Assembly (NCBI GenBank): GCA_018303405.1
Contig: JAGVYD010000014.1
Coordinates: 9,350 to 73,349 of the forward strand
Reading direction: 5' to 3'
DNA: 64,000 bases
Source of the DNA: Candidatus Woesearchaeota archaeon
Lineage (GTDB): Archaea; Nanobdellota; Nanobdellia; Woesearchaeales; JABMPP01
The notes under the pieces: model-generated
Seen by the model: the letters and a program-made list of their open reading frames with translations, nothing else
Database searches by the model: none
Told to the model about the DNA's origin: nothing
Position numbers and translations under genes: made by a program
In this document: positions 18,334 through 28,766 of the stretch, one piece after another
Position numbering within the stretch: the stretch's first letter is position 1
Layout: each line of letters starts with the position of its first letter

Positions 18334-18514
18334 ACAAAACAGTAAACTTTAAATATAATGCCAAAACACTAAATTAATGTCTTCTTCTCGGAGATTCTCG
18401 GGAGGTAGATGGGAAAGCAATGAATATTTTGGGCATTTGGCAACGCAATGCCGGCAAAGTTTTTGGCAACCAGGCGTTGAGATGCATTATTTATTGGATA
18501 AAGGGTTGGATTGA

Positions 18515-19297
18515 ATGACAAAAATCAAGAAAGGGGATTTCATTGAGCTGGACTACACCGGCAAAAGCAAGGAAGAGGGCATAATTTTTGACACAACAAT
18601 TGAAAGCGTTGCAAAAGAGAATGGATTATATTCAGGCAAGGCTGAATATGCGCCGGTGATTGTTTGCGTCGGCCAAAAGCATTTGCTGCCCGGCCTGGAT
18701 GGCCATCTTGAAGGCACGGAGGCAGGGAAGGGTTATACTTTTGACATCCCGCCTGAAGGTGCATTCGGGAAAAAGGACGCCAAGCTTCTCCAGCTGGTTC
18801 CAACTGCTAGGTTCAAAAAGGAAAACATCCAGCCAATGCCTGGAATGCAGGTTGACATTGACAACCATATGGGAGTCATTAAGACTGTTTCAGGCGGGAG
18901 GACATTGGTTGACTTTAACCATCCGCTGTCTGGAAAAGAAGTTGTCTACTCAATTGATATCAAGAGGATAGTGGAAGACAGCCTTGAGAAGGTCAGAAGC
19001 CTGCTCAGGATGCAGCTTGGCCTGAAAGGGCCTGAAATCAGCATGAAGGATGGCACAGTTGAAGTTGATTTCCCGCAGGAAATGCCAAAGGAAATCGTTG
19101 AAATGATTGAAAAGCAGCTTGCTGAGCTTGTTCCTGATGTGAAAAAGCTTGTTTTTGTGGCCAAGCCCAAAGCCGATGATAAGGAAGGGAAGGCTCATCA
19201 GGATGAAAACAGGGCAAAGGAGCATGCTGGCCATGCGCACAACGAGCATGAAGGGCACAGCCATGCAGGGCATGACCATTCAGGCCACAAGCATTAA
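18515..19297 (+). CDS. slyD: FKBP-type peptidyl-prolyl isomerase, SlyD-like, with His-rich tail
   Basis: IKKGDFIELDYTG, FDTT, PPEGAFG, VDFNHPLSGK and C-terminal HAGHAHNEHEGHSH. Confidence 0.9.
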   Translation: MTKIKKGDFIELDYTGKSKEEGIIFDTTIESVAKENGLYSGKAEYAPVIVCVGQKHLLPGLDGHLEGTEAGKGYTFDIPPEGAFGKKDAKLLQLVPTARFKKENIQPMPGMQVDIDNHMGVIKTVSGGRTLVDFNHPLSGKEVVYSIDIKRIVEDSLEKVRSLLRMQLGLKGPEISMKDGTVEVDFPQEMPKEIVEMIEKQLAELVPDVKKLVFVAKPKADDKEGKAHQDENRAKEHAGHAHNEHEGHSHAGHDHSGHKH

Positions 19298-19417
19298 TTT
19301 TATATATTAGAAATGCAAGTGATTTTACCACAAAGGCCGGCGCGCCACCGAGGGCAAATCCAGGCATTGCCAGCCAATGATTGATATTTTGGCCAAGGGA
19401 GGCAAGAAGGTGTCACA

Positions 19418-20557
19418 ATGTCAGATTTCCTAAAAGAGATTGTTGATGAAGTCAACCTGAAACAACAGGCAAAGCCAGCCTACCCAGGGATGAAGCAGGC
19501 GCCGACAAAAAAGAACGCAATTGATGCTGAGCTGGAAGAGCTGCTCGCAAAACAGCGGGCAACAATCAAGGTTGTTGGCTGCGGCGGCGCCGGCAATAAC
19601 ACAATTAACAGGATTACCGAAGTTGGTGTTGCAGGCGCAGAAACAGTTGCGATAAATACCGATGCCCAGGACCTGCTTTACACATCAGCTGACAAGAAAA
19701 TACTCATTGGAAAGGAGCTGACCCATGGCCTGGGCGCAGGCTCAATCCCAAAAATCGGTGAAGATGCTGCAAGGGAATCAGAGCATGACATTAAAAAAGC
19801 ATTGGAAGGCTGCGACATGGTCTTCATAACATGCGGCCTTGGCGGCGGAACAGGGACAGGCTCTGCTCCTGTGGCGGCGGAAGTTGCCAAAAAGCTCGGA
19901 GCTCTTGTTGTTGGGATAATAACGATGCCATTCATGATGGAAGGGCACAGAAGGTATGAAAACGCTGTCATTGGCCTGGAAAAGATGGAGCAGACCGTTG
20001 ACACGCTGATTGTCATACCAAATGACAAGCTTTTGGAGCTCGCCCCTGACCTCCCATTGCACACAGCATTCAAGGTTGCAGACGAAATACTTACAAATGC
20101 AGTCAAGGGAATTGCCGAGCTGGTCACCAAGCCAGGCCTTGTGAACCTTGACTTTGCAGACATCAGGGCTGTGATGGGCAAGGGAGGAGTTGCCCTGATC
20201 GGCGTTGGCGAAAGCGATACAGAGAACAGGGCGATTGAGGCTGTTGAAAAGGCCATTTCAAACCCATTGCTTGATGTTGATATTTCAGGCGCAAATGGCG
20301 CGCTGATTAATGTCCTCGGCGGAGTTGACATGACTCTCAATGAGGCAAGGACAGTTGTCGAGGCTGTTTCGGAAAAACTGGACAGCGATGCCAGGATTAT
20401 ATGGGGAGCGCAGATATCCGAGGACATGCAGCACACAATAAGGGCAATGCTTATAATAACAGGCGTTAAATCCAGCCAGATACTTGGTGCCGGGCAGGGA
20501 ACATCAGGAAAAAAGAGGGAGATTGAGACAGAGCTCGGCATCGAATTTGTTGACTGA
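19418..20557 (+). CDS. ftsZ: Cell division protein FtsZ
   Basis: VVGCGGAGNN, tubulin signature GLGGGTGTG, and NLDFAD. Confidence 0.98.
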   Translation: MSDFLKEIVDEVNLKQQAKPAYPGMKQAPTKKNAIDAELEELLAKQRATIKVVGCGGAGNNTINRITEVGVAGAETVAINTDAQDLLYTSADKKILIGKELTHGLGAGSIPKIGEDAARESEHDIKKALEGCDMVFITCGLGGGTGTGSAPVAAEVAKKLGALVVGIITMPFMMEGHRRYENAVIGLEKMEQTVDTLIVIPNDKLLELAPDLPLHTAFKVADEILTNAVKGIAELVTKPGLVNLDFADIRAVMGKGGVALIGVGESDTENRAIEAVEKAISNPLLDVDISGANGALINVLGGVDMTLNEARTVVEAVSEKLDSDARIIWGAQISEDMQHTIRAMLIITGVKSSQILGAGQGTSGKKREIETELGIEFVD

Positions 20558-20667
20558 TAAGGGGATAGAGGGGAGTGAGAGGCAGGCAGGGCAAATGCGC
20601 TTTATGCTGGCCTTGTGCGCAACTTCATTTTCATCAAGGTATATGAATAAGTGAAAAAGGGTCCAAA

Positions 20668-20871
20668 ATGGAAGAGACACAATCGCAAGAACCGGAAGCG
20701 CCGGGAAAATTCAAGTCATTCGTAAATGAATGCATCAGGGTGCTGAGGGTCACAAAGAAGCCCAGCAGGGAGGAATTCAAGACTATTGTCAAGGTTTCAG
20801 GGCTTGGGATGATGCTCATAGGATTTATAGGGTTCGTCGTAACAATGATCAAGCAGGTATTTTTAAAGTAA
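20668..20871 (+). CDS. secE: Protein translocase SecE/Sec61-gamma
   Basis: RVLRVTKKPSREEF plus a TM helix; conserved ftsZ-secE-spt5 order. Confidence 0.95.
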   Translation: MEETQSQEPEAPGKFKSFVNECIRVLRVTKKPSREEFKTIVKVSGLGMMLIGFIGFVVTMIKQVFLK

Positions 20872-20947
20872 AATGCCATGCGATTGGCAAATTTAGCCTG
20901 ACAAAACAAAACTGAAGAGGAAACAAGGATATAAGGTGAATATCAAA

Positions 20948-21733
20948 ATGAGTGATGATTTCAAGAAGGAATTGGAGCAGCTGAAAAAGCAGCATGTTGA
21001 CCAGAAAGATGAGAAGCAGGAAAGTGCGGCGCCTGAAAAGCAGGAATCTGCAAAAATGTCTGACAAGGACGAGTTTGCTGAAATGCTGGACGAGATTTCA
21101 GAGCCAGCCAAGGACAAAGAGGCTGAAGAAGAGCAAGCTGAGAAGGAGTTGCCTGCAAAGGAAGTGGCAGTGGCTCCCAAGGCTGAAGTCAAGCAGCATA
21201 TTTTTGCTTTGAGGACAACGGCAAACAGGGAAGACCAGGTCATGGATTTTGTCACAAGCAATGCGAAAAAGAAAAAGCTTGATTTGTATTCCGTCATAAG
21301 GCCGCATGGCATGAGGGGATATATTTTCCTGGAGGCCCCATCAAGGAGCGACGCTGAGCAGTCGGCATTCAACGTGCCCTATGCAAGGGGCATTCTGCCA
21401 AAGGAGATTGATTATTCTGAAATAGAGCACATGCTTGAGCAGGTCAAGAAGGAAGTGAACATCCGCAAGAATGACATTGCAGAGATTATCTCGGGGCCAT
21501 TCAAGCGCGAGAAGTGCAAGGTTACAAGGATAGACAAGGCAAAGGAAGAGGTTGTTGTTGAACTGCTTGAAGCCGCCGTGCCCATCCCAATCACAGTCAA
21601 GATGGACGCAATCAAGGTCATCAGGCGGGAAAACGAGGGCGAGGATGCTGACAGCGATGAGCAAAAATCAATTGAGGTTCCGCCTTCAGTCGAGTCATCC
21701 GGCACTTCCGGGCCAGAAGAGGACGAGTTTTAG
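20948..21733 (+). CDS. spt5: Transcription elongation factor Spt5 (NusG) with acidic N-terminal extension
   Basis: IFALRTTANRE, RGYIFLEA and KOW IISGPFKREKCKVTRID. Confidence 0.95.
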   Translation: MSDDFKKELEQLKKQHVDQKDEKQESAAPEKQESAKMSDKDEFAEMLDEISEPAKDKEAEEEQAEKELPAKEVAVAPKAEVKQHIFALRTTANREDQVMDFVTSNAKKKKLDLYSVIRPHGMRGYIFLEAPSRSDAEQSAFNVPYARGILPKEIDYSEIEHMLEQVKKEVNIRKNDIAEIISGPFKREKCKVTRIDKAKEEVVVELLEAAVPIPITVKMDAIKVIRRENEGEDADSDEQKSIEVPPSVESSGTSGPEEDEF

Positions 21734-21853
21734 GAGGTTATCCTCTATAGTTTTATTTTTTTATTGTTGTTTCTTTTGATTTCTCAGAATTTTAACTTTT
21801 GAACAGTAGTTACAATTGCAAAGATTTAAAAGCATCCAATATGCCACCTGCTC

Positions 21854-22459
21854 ATGGATAGCGATTTGCTTTACAGAAGGGTGTACACTCTTGATTCAGA
21901 GTTGCAATTCAGGGAAGCTACAGACCAGGTAAAAGCAGCTCTGGAAAAGAATCCAAGTGATCCGGTGGTTATCATCACCGCGGCAGTGCATTATGCCCGC
22001 ATGGAAAAATTTCCTCTCGCAAGAAGTTATGTGGATCAGATACCATCTGAATTCTTGGATGACCCAAGGCTCCTTATGAGCATTGCCCCAACACTTGTCG
22101 AGACTGGCTCAGCAGAAAAGGCCATCCAGAGCCTTGAGAAAGCACTGGGCATCCTGGGAGCCCATGGCATAGATGAGCCTACCCTGGAAATCGACATCAG
22201 GCACAATCTAAAAATAGCATACATAAAGGCAGGGTTGCCAGACAAAGCCAAAGCTGAATTCAGCAGGATTCAGGGGATAGAAAGAAATGCAAATTTTGAC
22301 CATTATCTTGACAAAATGTCGGCCTTATATGCACCTGGTGTCTTAAAAATACAGGATTGGCTGAGCTTCTTGAGAATTTTGGTGCAGGAAGGAGAGAAAG
22401 AAGCCCAGGTTTTCTGGGACAGCAAGATGTTTCCAGGCGGCAGGCCAACATTGTCTTAG
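21854..22459 (+). CDS. TPR-like hypothetical protein
   Basis: Helical repeats (GSAEKAIQSLEKAL, HNLKIAYIKAGLPDKA); own TATA upstream. Confidence 0.6.
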   Translation: MDSDLLYRRVYTLDSELQFREATDQVKAALEKNPSDPVVIITAAVHYARMEKFPLARSYVDQIPSEFLDDPRLLMSIAPTLVETGSAEKAIQSLEKALGILGAHGIDEPTLEIDIRHNLKIAYIKAGLPDKAKAEFSRIQGIERNANFDHYLDKMSALYAPGVLKIQDWLSFLRILVQEGEKEAQVFWDSKMFPGGRPTLS

Positions 22460-22729
22460 TGAGATAGTTAGAACTGTTTTTAATTTTCTGGCAAATTTTC
22501 CTGGACATTATTTGAGCTTCTGTTGAGCTGGCAAGATATTTTCCAGTTTAATCCGAAAATCTTCTGCAACATAGTGGATTTATCACGAAAAAATTAGGGT
22601 TAAGTCCATTAAGAATAAAATTTAAATTATTTAATTATGAATAAAAAAGAAAAACCCCGCTAATGCGAAGCGGCGCCCACGTATTGCTTTATTTTCGCAA
22701 ATATATATAATTTGCTGATTTTGTGCAAA

Positions 22730-22866
22730 GGAGGAGAAGTCTAGCCAGGTTTGACGCCTCGCTCAAGACGAGGCGGCGCCCACACGCCATGCGAGTTCGA
22801 ATCCTCCTAAAAAAGGCGAAGAACGGCACCGTGCTGGAAGCTGCCGCGAATCTCTCGCCTCCGCCG
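22730..22866 (+). tRNA. tRNA with CAA anticodon (Leu by anticodon), long variable arm, non-canonical 59/60 intron (22802-22852)
   Basis: Acceptor GGAGGAG/CTCCGCC (1 mismatch), D stem GTC/GAC, anticodon stem CCTCG-CTCAAGA-CGAGG, variable arm GGCG/CGCC, T stem GCGAG/CTCGC; TATA at about 22701. Confidence 0.75.
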
Positions 22867-22974
22867 CACAAAATTTCTTTTGAATAATCAAACTTTATAA
22901 AGCCATAAACAGCAATATCAAAGAGCAAAGCTTTTAAAGCAACTCTAAATCCCAAATAGCATAATCAGACGGTG

Positions 22975-23763
22975 ATGCACATAGCCAAGGAAAAAGTTGA
23001 AGCATTGGTTGAAGGCGGCAAGGCAACAGCAGCCCCGCCATTGGGCCCTGCACTCGGGCCGCTCGGCGTAAATATCGGCAAGGTAGTTGCAGATATAAAC
23101 AAAAAGACCGAATCATTCAAGGGAATGCAGGTGCCTGTCAAGATAACAGTTGATACTTCTACAAAGGAATATGAGATTTCAATCGGGACCCCTCCGGCTT
23201 CAGCGCTTGTGAAAAAGGAGGCAAACATAGAGAAGGGCTCCGGCAACCCATTGCTGGATTTGATTGCAGACATCAAGATTGAGCAGATTATCAAGATTGC
23301 AAAAATGAAAGAAGACAGCCTCCTTGGCAAGACAATGAAGGAGAAGGTCAAGGAAATCATTGGAACATGCGGCTCAATGGGCGTAATGGTTGAAGGCGTT
23401 ACAGCAAAGGCAGCAATAAAGCTTGTTGATGAAGGCAAATTCGACGAGGAGATAAAGCTCCAGAAGACAGAGCTTTCAGCAGCAGAGCTGAAGGAACTGG
23501 AAGAGGAGAAGAAGAAGCTTGCAGAGGAGATCCTGAAGAGGCGCGAAGAGTTTGTCAAGAAGGCAAAAGAGATTATCGCGGCCAATGAAGGAAAGGAAAG
23601 AGGGTTTATCAAGGGCAAGCTTGGCGAGGCCAAGATTCCGCAGGCCATCATCGACGAACTGCTGCCTGCGGAAGCAGCTGGCGGAGCCGCCGCAGCGCCT
23701 GGCGCGCCTGGAGCAGCGCCTGCAAAAGAAGCAGTGGCCAAGGCAGCGCCCGCGAAGAAATAA
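22975..23763 (+). CDS. rpl11: 50S ribosomal protein L11 (uL11) with long C-terminal extension
   Basis: GGKATAAPPLGPALGPLGVN, TPPASAL and GTCGSMG. Confidence 0.95.
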   Translation: MHIAKEKVEALVEGGKATAAPPLGPALGPLGVNIGKVVADINKKTESFKGMQVPVKITVDTSTKEYEISIGTPPASALVKKEANIEKGSGNPLLDLIADIKIEQIIKIAKMKEDSLLGKTMKEKVKEIIGTCGSMGVMVEGVTAKAAIKLVDEGKFDEEIKLQKTELSAAELKELEEEKKKLAEEILKRREEFVKKAKEIIAANEGKERGFIKGKLGEAKIPQAIIDELLPAEAAGGAAAAPGAPGAAPAKEAVAKAAPAKK

Positions 23764-23868
23764 TTTTTTCTTATCTTTGAATAAGAGGATGTTCAGCAAG
23801 AAAACATTTTATATGTTTTGAAGCATGGCACAATAAGCTTTATAAAAAAGCTGTATTTCGAAATCACA

Positions 23869-25431
23869 ATGACAGATAATGTCCATGAAAACTGCGGTGT
23901 GGCAGCAGTCCATATCCCGGACGGCTCTAAATTCCAAGGCATGGCTCCGAATTTTCTCTATAAATTGCTCATGAATTTGCAGGGCCGCGGGCAGTTGAGC
24001 GCAGGGATAACAACTTATAATCCCCTTAGGCCCCGATTGCTTGAAACCCATAGGGACCTTGGGCTTGTCACAGAGGTTTTCAAGGAATCCAATCCGGATG
24101 AACAGCTGAAAATTTTCAAGTCCCTGGCAGGCAACACAGGAATAGGCCATACAAGGTATGCGACATGCGGCGCAGATGACAGAGACAATGCGCAGCCCCT
24201 TGAAAGGACGCACGGCAGAAGGTGGAAATGGTTTTCTTTTTGCTTTAATGGGAACATTGCAAATTATTCTGACCTGAAAAAGCCGCTGGTTGAAAAGGCT
24301 GATTACCACATAATGTTTGACAATGACACTGAAATCATGATGCATTATCTTTCAAGGGAGCTTCAGGCGAAATCCAGGCCGGACATGAAAGAGGTCTTTT
24401 CCAGCCTCGCCAAAAAATTTGATGGCGCATTCAATATTGCCTTCATCAATGCAAGGGGGACGCTCATTGTGCTTCGTGACCCGATAGGCTTCAGGCCAAT
24501 GTGTTATGGCCACTATGAGGATGTCTTGCTCGTATCATCAGAGTCAAACGCCCTGGCAAATTTTGGCGTCACTGACATTAAATACCTCCAACCTGGGGAA
24601 GTCCTGCAGGTGCTGGAGGGTAAGATTGCCATAAAGCAGTTGGTGCCATCAAAAAAACAGGCAAGGTGCATGTTTGAATGGGTCTATTTCTCCAACGTTG
24701 CATCGCATTTTGACGGCAAATCAGTGTATTTGGCCAGGACAAAGCTGGGAGAAGAGCTTGCCAAGCTTGAGACTTTGCCCATTAACACAAATGAGTATGT
24801 GGTTGTTCCGGTGCCGGACAGCGCAAAACCAGCTGGGGATGCATATGCCTATGCCCTTGGCCTGCCGAGCCGTGAAGGCCTCATCAGGAACAGGTTTGCA
24901 GGCAGGACATTTATTGAAGGCCGGAGCCGCGAGGACAAGGTCAGGAACAAGTTCACTGTCCAGAAAAATATAATCGAGGGGAAAAAAGTCCTGCTGGTTG
25001 ACGACAGCATTGTGCGCGGCACCACAACCAGAAACATTGTAAAATACCTGAAAGAGGTTGGAAAGGCAAAGGAAGTCCACATAAGGGTCAGCTGCCCGCC
25101 AATTGTGGCACCCTGCTTTTATGGGATAGACATGTCCACCATAACTGAGTTGTTTGCGCCCAGGTTCAAGATCGACCCTAAAAAGCCAATTGAAAAAACA
25201 GTGCTGGACAGGATGGCAAAGGAATTGGGCGCTGACAGCCTGATCTACCAGACTATTCCTGGGCTGGCCAGGTCAATCTCGTTCCCGCAGGAAAAGCTGT
25301 GCATGGCCTGCCTAAACACAGATTATCCGACAAAGCAAGGCAATCTTTTGTATGGCACAGCCCTTAAGAATGCAATGAACGGGCAAAAGGGCAGGACATA
25401 TGAAAAGGATAAAGATAAAGGTTCGTGCTAA
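23869..25431 (+). CDS. purF: Amidophosphoribosyltransferase (propeptide, Fe-S type)
   Basis: HENCG, GHTRYAT, VPVPDS, VDDSIVRGTT, PCFYGID and CMAC. Confidence 0.95.
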   Translation: MTDNVHENCGVAAVHIPDGSKFQGMAPNFLYKLLMNLQGRGQLSAGITTYNPLRPRLLETHRDLGLVTEVFKESNPDEQLKIFKSLAGNTGIGHTRYATCGADDRDNAQPLERTHGRRWKWFSFCFNGNIANYSDLKKPLVEKADYHIMFDNDTEIMMHYLSRELQAKSRPDMKEVFSSLAKKFDGAFNIAFINARGTLIVLRDPIGFRPMCYGHYEDVLLVSSESNALANFGVTDIKYLQPGEVLQVLEGKIAIKQLVPSKKQARCMFEWVYFSNVASHFDGKSVYLARTKLGEELAKLETLPINTNEYVVVPVPDSAKPAGDAYAYALGLPSREGLIRNRFAGRTFIEGRSREDKVRNKFTVQKNIIEGKKVLLVDDSIVRGTTTRNIVKYLKEVGKAKEVHIRVSCPPIVAPCFYGIDMSTITELFAPRFKIDPKKPIEKTVLDRMAKELGADSLIYQTIPGLARSISFPQEKLCMACLNTDYPTKQGNLLYGTALKNAMNGQKGRTYEKDKDKGSC

Positions 25432-25673
25432 TTATTGTCATGATTCTTTGGCTTTGGTTTTTTGGCTTTTTCGAAAAATGCCTTTTCCATTCTCTTGAGG
25501 AATGCCACTTCAAATCCCAGAATCAGCAGGCCGAATATTAGGAAAGGCACGCCAGGTAGGACTGGGAGAAATACGCCCGTAATTCCTATCATGACCAGTA
25601 TAACGCCAATGGCAATTCCAATCCATCCCCATTTCCTTATTTTTTCAGCGTTCGATATCAGGAATCCTGCCAT
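25428..25673 (-). CDS. Small membrane protein (DUF454/PGPGW-like)
   Basis: IGITGVFLPVLPGVPFLIFGL hairpin TM motif. Confidence 0.65.
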   Translation of the reverse strand: MAGFLISNAEKIRKWGWIGIAIGVILVMIGITGVFLPVLPGVPFLIFGLLILGFEVAFLKRMEKAFFEKAKKPKPKNHDNN

Positions 25674-25870
25674 GCGCTTACCAAATCCCATAGGGTATAA
25701 TAAATTAACTGTTCCCATGAGATATCCGCAGGGATATGCAAATCGTCATTCATAAGCTTTATAAAACCCCAATTTTTCCCATGAACCTCTAGTATCTCTC
25801 CATTATAGGGCATTATATGGAGTTAAAGCAATACACCTAATTGAATAGAGAACAGAAGGAGGATGAGATT

Positions 25871-27505
25871 ATGGCTCAGCAAATTCAGCCGATTTTTATT
25901 TTGCCGGAAGGCGCCCAGAGAAGCGTGGGCAAGGATGCGCACTCAACGAATATCATGGCTGCAAAGGCAGTTGCAGAGACAGTCAGGACAACCCTTGGGC
26001 CCAAAGGAATGGACAAGATGCTTGTGGATTCAATGGGGGATGTCACAGTCACAAATGACGGGGTCACAATTCTTGAAGAGATGAATATCGAGCACCCGTC
26101 AGCAAAGATGATAGTTGAAATTGCCAAGACACAGGAAAATGAGGTTGGCGACGGGACTACAACAGCTGTGGTGCTGGCAGGAGAGCTCCTGAAAAATGCA
26201 GAGGAGTTGCTTAACCAAAACATTCATCCAACAGTTGTTGCCAAGGGATACAGGATTGCGTCAGAAAAGGCACAGGTTATCCTGAATGCAATTTCTGAAA
26301 AGATTACAAAGGAGGACAATGACAGCCTGATTAAGATTGCCACAACGGCAATGACTGGAAAGGGCGCTGAGTATTCCAAGGAAAAGCTGGCAAAGATGAC
26401 AGTTGACGCAGTGAAGATGATTGTTGAGTCAGACGGCAACATTGATTCTGAAAATGTGAAAATTGAAAAAAGGTCAGGCGCGCCGGCTGATGATTCCATG
26501 CTTATCAAGGGCGTGCTTATCGACAAGGAAAGGGTGCATCCGGGCATGCCGCGGCAGGTCAAGAATGCCAAGATTGCGCTGATTGACAAGGAGATTGAGA
26601 TATCCAAGACAGAGATTGACAGCAAGATTGAGATAACCTCGCCGGACCAGATGCAGGCATTTTTGGACCAGGAAGAGAAAATGCTGAAAAACCTTGTTGA
26701 AAAAATCCTTTCATCTGGCGCAAACGTGGTCATCTGCCAGAAGGGCATTGATGATGTTGCGCAGTATTTCATGTCAAAGAAGGGCGTTTATGCCGTGAGG
26801 CGGGTCAGCGAATCAGACATGAAAAGGCTGGCCAGGGCGACCGGCGGAAGGGTAGTCAGCAACATACATGACCTCGATAAGTCAGACTTAGGATTCTCCG
26901 GCTCTGTTGAAGAGAAGAAGGTCGGCGATGAGCAGTACACATTCATCCAGGATTGCAAGAACCCGAAGGCAGTTACCCTGCTTGTAAGAGGCGGCACAGA
27001 GCATGTGACAAATGAGATAGAAAGGGCAATCAGTGATGCAGTAGGGGATGTTATTGCAGCCTTGAGGGTTGGCAAGATTGTGGGCGGAGCTGGTGCAGTC
27101 GAGATTGAGCTTTCCAAGCAGCTTTACAAATTTGCGAATTCCCTATCAGGCAAGGAGCAGCTGGCAGCAAAAGCCTTTGCGCAGTCACTGGAAGTCATAC
27201 CCAAGACCCTTGCAGAAAATGCAGGCTTGGACCCGATTGATGTCCTGACTGAGCTGAAGGCCGCGCATGACAAAGGCCAGAAGTGGGCCGGAATCAATGT
27301 ATTTACAGGCAAGGTCATGGATGCCATGAAAAACGGCGTAGTCGAGCCATTGAAAATCAAGACTCAGGCAGTGAGCTCAGCATCCGAAGTTGCAATAATG
27401 ATATTGAGGATTGATGACCTCATAGCAGCTGGCAAGTCCAGTGGGCCATCAGGAGGAGGGCCGCAGATGCCGCCGGGCATGGGCGGTATGGGCGGTGAAT
27501 ACTAA
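25871..27505 (+). CDS. ths: Thermosome subunit (group II chaperonin)
   Basis: [21 protein letters not shown] and GGM-rich tail. Confidence 0.98.
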   Translation: MAQQIQPIFILPEGAQRSVGKDAHSTNIMAAKAVAETVRTTLGPKGMDKMLVDSMGDVTVTNDGVTILEEMNIEHPSAKMIVEIAKTQENEVGDGTTTAVVLAGELLKNAEELLNQNIHPTVVAKGYRIASEKAQVILNAISEKITKEDNDSLIKIATTAMTGKGAEYSKEKLAKMTVDAVKMIVESDGNIDSENVKIEKRSGAPADDSMLIKGVLIDKERVHPGMPRQVKNAKIALIDKEIEISKTEIDSKIEITSPDQMQAFLDQEEKMLKNLVEKILSSGANVVICQKGIDDVAQYFMSKKGVYAVRRVSESDMKRLARATGGRVVSNIHDLDKSDLGFSGSVEEKKVGDEQYTFIQDCKNPKAVTLLVRGGTEHVTNEIERAISDAVGDVIAALRVGKIVGGAGAVEIELSKQLYKFANSLSGKEQLAAKAFAQSLEVIPKTLAENAGLDPIDVLTELKAAHDKGQKWAGINVFTGKVMDAMKNGVVEPLKIKTQAVSSASEVAIMILRIDDLIAAGKSSGPSGGGPQMPPGMGGMGGEY

Positions 27506-27816
27506 TGGGACGAATTAAAACAAAGATGATAAAGAGGCTGACAAAAAAGCTCATGAAATCACATAGTGATTCTTTCAGCGAGGATTTCGGCAAGAACAAG
27601 GCATTGACAGCGAAGTGGACGACAAAATCATCGCCCAAAATCAGGAATATCATTGCTGGCTATGTTACCAGGCTGAAGAAAAAGGGCTACCAGGAAGGGC
27701 AGGCCCTGCCAAGAGCGCCGCCTCAGCAGAAATATTCTGACAGGGGAGACATGTACGGAAGCTCTGACAGGCAAGGCAGAAGGGGCGGCAGCGGCCGTTC
27801 CAGGAACCAGCGATAA
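27505..27816 (+). CDS. rps17e: 30S ribosomal protein S17e
   Basis: MGRIKTK...FSEDFGKNK...RNIIAGYVT. Confidence 0.95.
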   Translation: MGRIKTKMIKRLTKKLMKSHSDSFSEDFGKNKALTAKWTTKSSPKIRNIIAGYVTRLKKKGYQEGQALPRAPPQQKYSDRGDMYGSSDRQGRRGGSGRSRNQR

Positions 27817-27947
27817 TTTTGCCTGGATATTTTTTTGTTTTTCCCGGGTTTCTTTGTTTTTTCCATCTTGAGTTATCCGTTCTTTATGGCTTTTTCAGCT
27901 GTTTAAGCGCAAATTTAATATAATTGGAGTGCAATTGATTGCCTATC

Positions 27948-28172
27948 ATGCCAAGAGCGGATAAAAATAGGATAATACCGGGAGCGCCGGTTGGGAGATT
28001 GCTGATGGCAGCAGGAGCCAAGCGGGCCAGCGCAGGCGCAGTCCAGGCACTTGCAGAGTATCTTGAAGCAAAAGGCGTGGAGATAGGCGCACGCGCAGTT
28101 GAGATGGCCAAGCACACTGGAAGGAAGACTGTGCACGGGGAAGACATCAAGCTTGCTGCGAGAAAGCAGTAG
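27948..28172 (+). CDS. Archaeal histone (HMf family)
   Basis: APVGRLL..AGAKRAS...AKHTGRKTVHGEDIKLA histone fold. Confidence 0.92.
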   Translation: MPRADKNRIIPGAPVGRLLMAAGAKRASAGAVQALAEYLEAKGVEIGARAVEMAKHTGRKTVHGEDIKLAARKQ

Positions 28173-28190
28173 AATTGTTGTTAGTTTTTC

Positions 28191-28472
28191 TTATTTCCTT
28201 TTCAATAGGATTTCAATGGATGACACCCTGACATTCTTGCCTTCCTTGTTCTGGAATTCCTCAGAGTCAATGTCGATTTTAATGACTTCAATCTGGCCAG
28301 TGAGAAATCTTTTTTGCGCCACTTCCACCACGTCAACGGCACGGCTGATAAATTTGCCTCTAGCCTTTACTGTGACTTCAGAAGCGTTCTTGGTCGTGAA
28401 TTGCATCACAACCCCGGTCACATAGTTCATGAAGGGCTTGCCGCCAATAAATATTGAATTGTCGCTGCCCAT
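28191..28472 (-). CDS. albA: DNA/RNA-binding protein Alba
   Basis: IGGKPFMNYV, KARGKFISRAVDV and VSSIEI. Confidence 0.95.
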   Translation of the reverse strand: MGSDNSIFIGGKPFMNYVTGVVMQFTTKNASEVTVKARGKFISRAVDVVEVAQKRFLTGQIEVIKIDIDSEEFQNKEGKNVRVSSIEILLKRK

Positions 28473-28766
28473 ACTGCACCCCCTGTTAACTGTTATCCTT
28501 ATGCAGCATAGCTGAGCCAGCCGCGCCCCAATGTCTTCCATTGGTGAAAGCACTCGGTAACTTCAGCGCATATGGAGTTTATATATTTAAAAAGCTTTGT
28601 GTAAAAGATCAGGGCATAACAGCAATAAAATTCAGTCAGCATTATGGAGTGGTAGTAATAAAAATGCCCGCAATTTAAACAAAAAGAATGGCAGCTAAAG
28701 CTGGATTTTCTGCAAAATCGCAATCATTGCAAAATATTTAAATAAGCCCTGGCCTTCTGTTCAGCC

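Noticed and set aside
19678-20541. Long antisense ORFs over ftsZ, rpl11, thermosome, purH and similar genes
   Set aside because: Shadow frames of well-identified genes with no motifs of their own.
22670-22783. 11-bp repeat gcggcgcccac upstream of and inside the tRNA variable arm
   Set aside because: Too short to interpret; it may be a relic of an earlier duplication but cannot be supported.
22730-22866. tRNA-Sec (TCA in the anticodon loop)
   Set aside because: The loop CTCAAGA centres on CAA, and the stems are 7/5 rather than the extended tRNA-Sec geometry.
27948-28472. Convergent histone and Alba genes
   Set aside because: Both are ordinary chromatin proteins, and adjacency alone shows nothing new.
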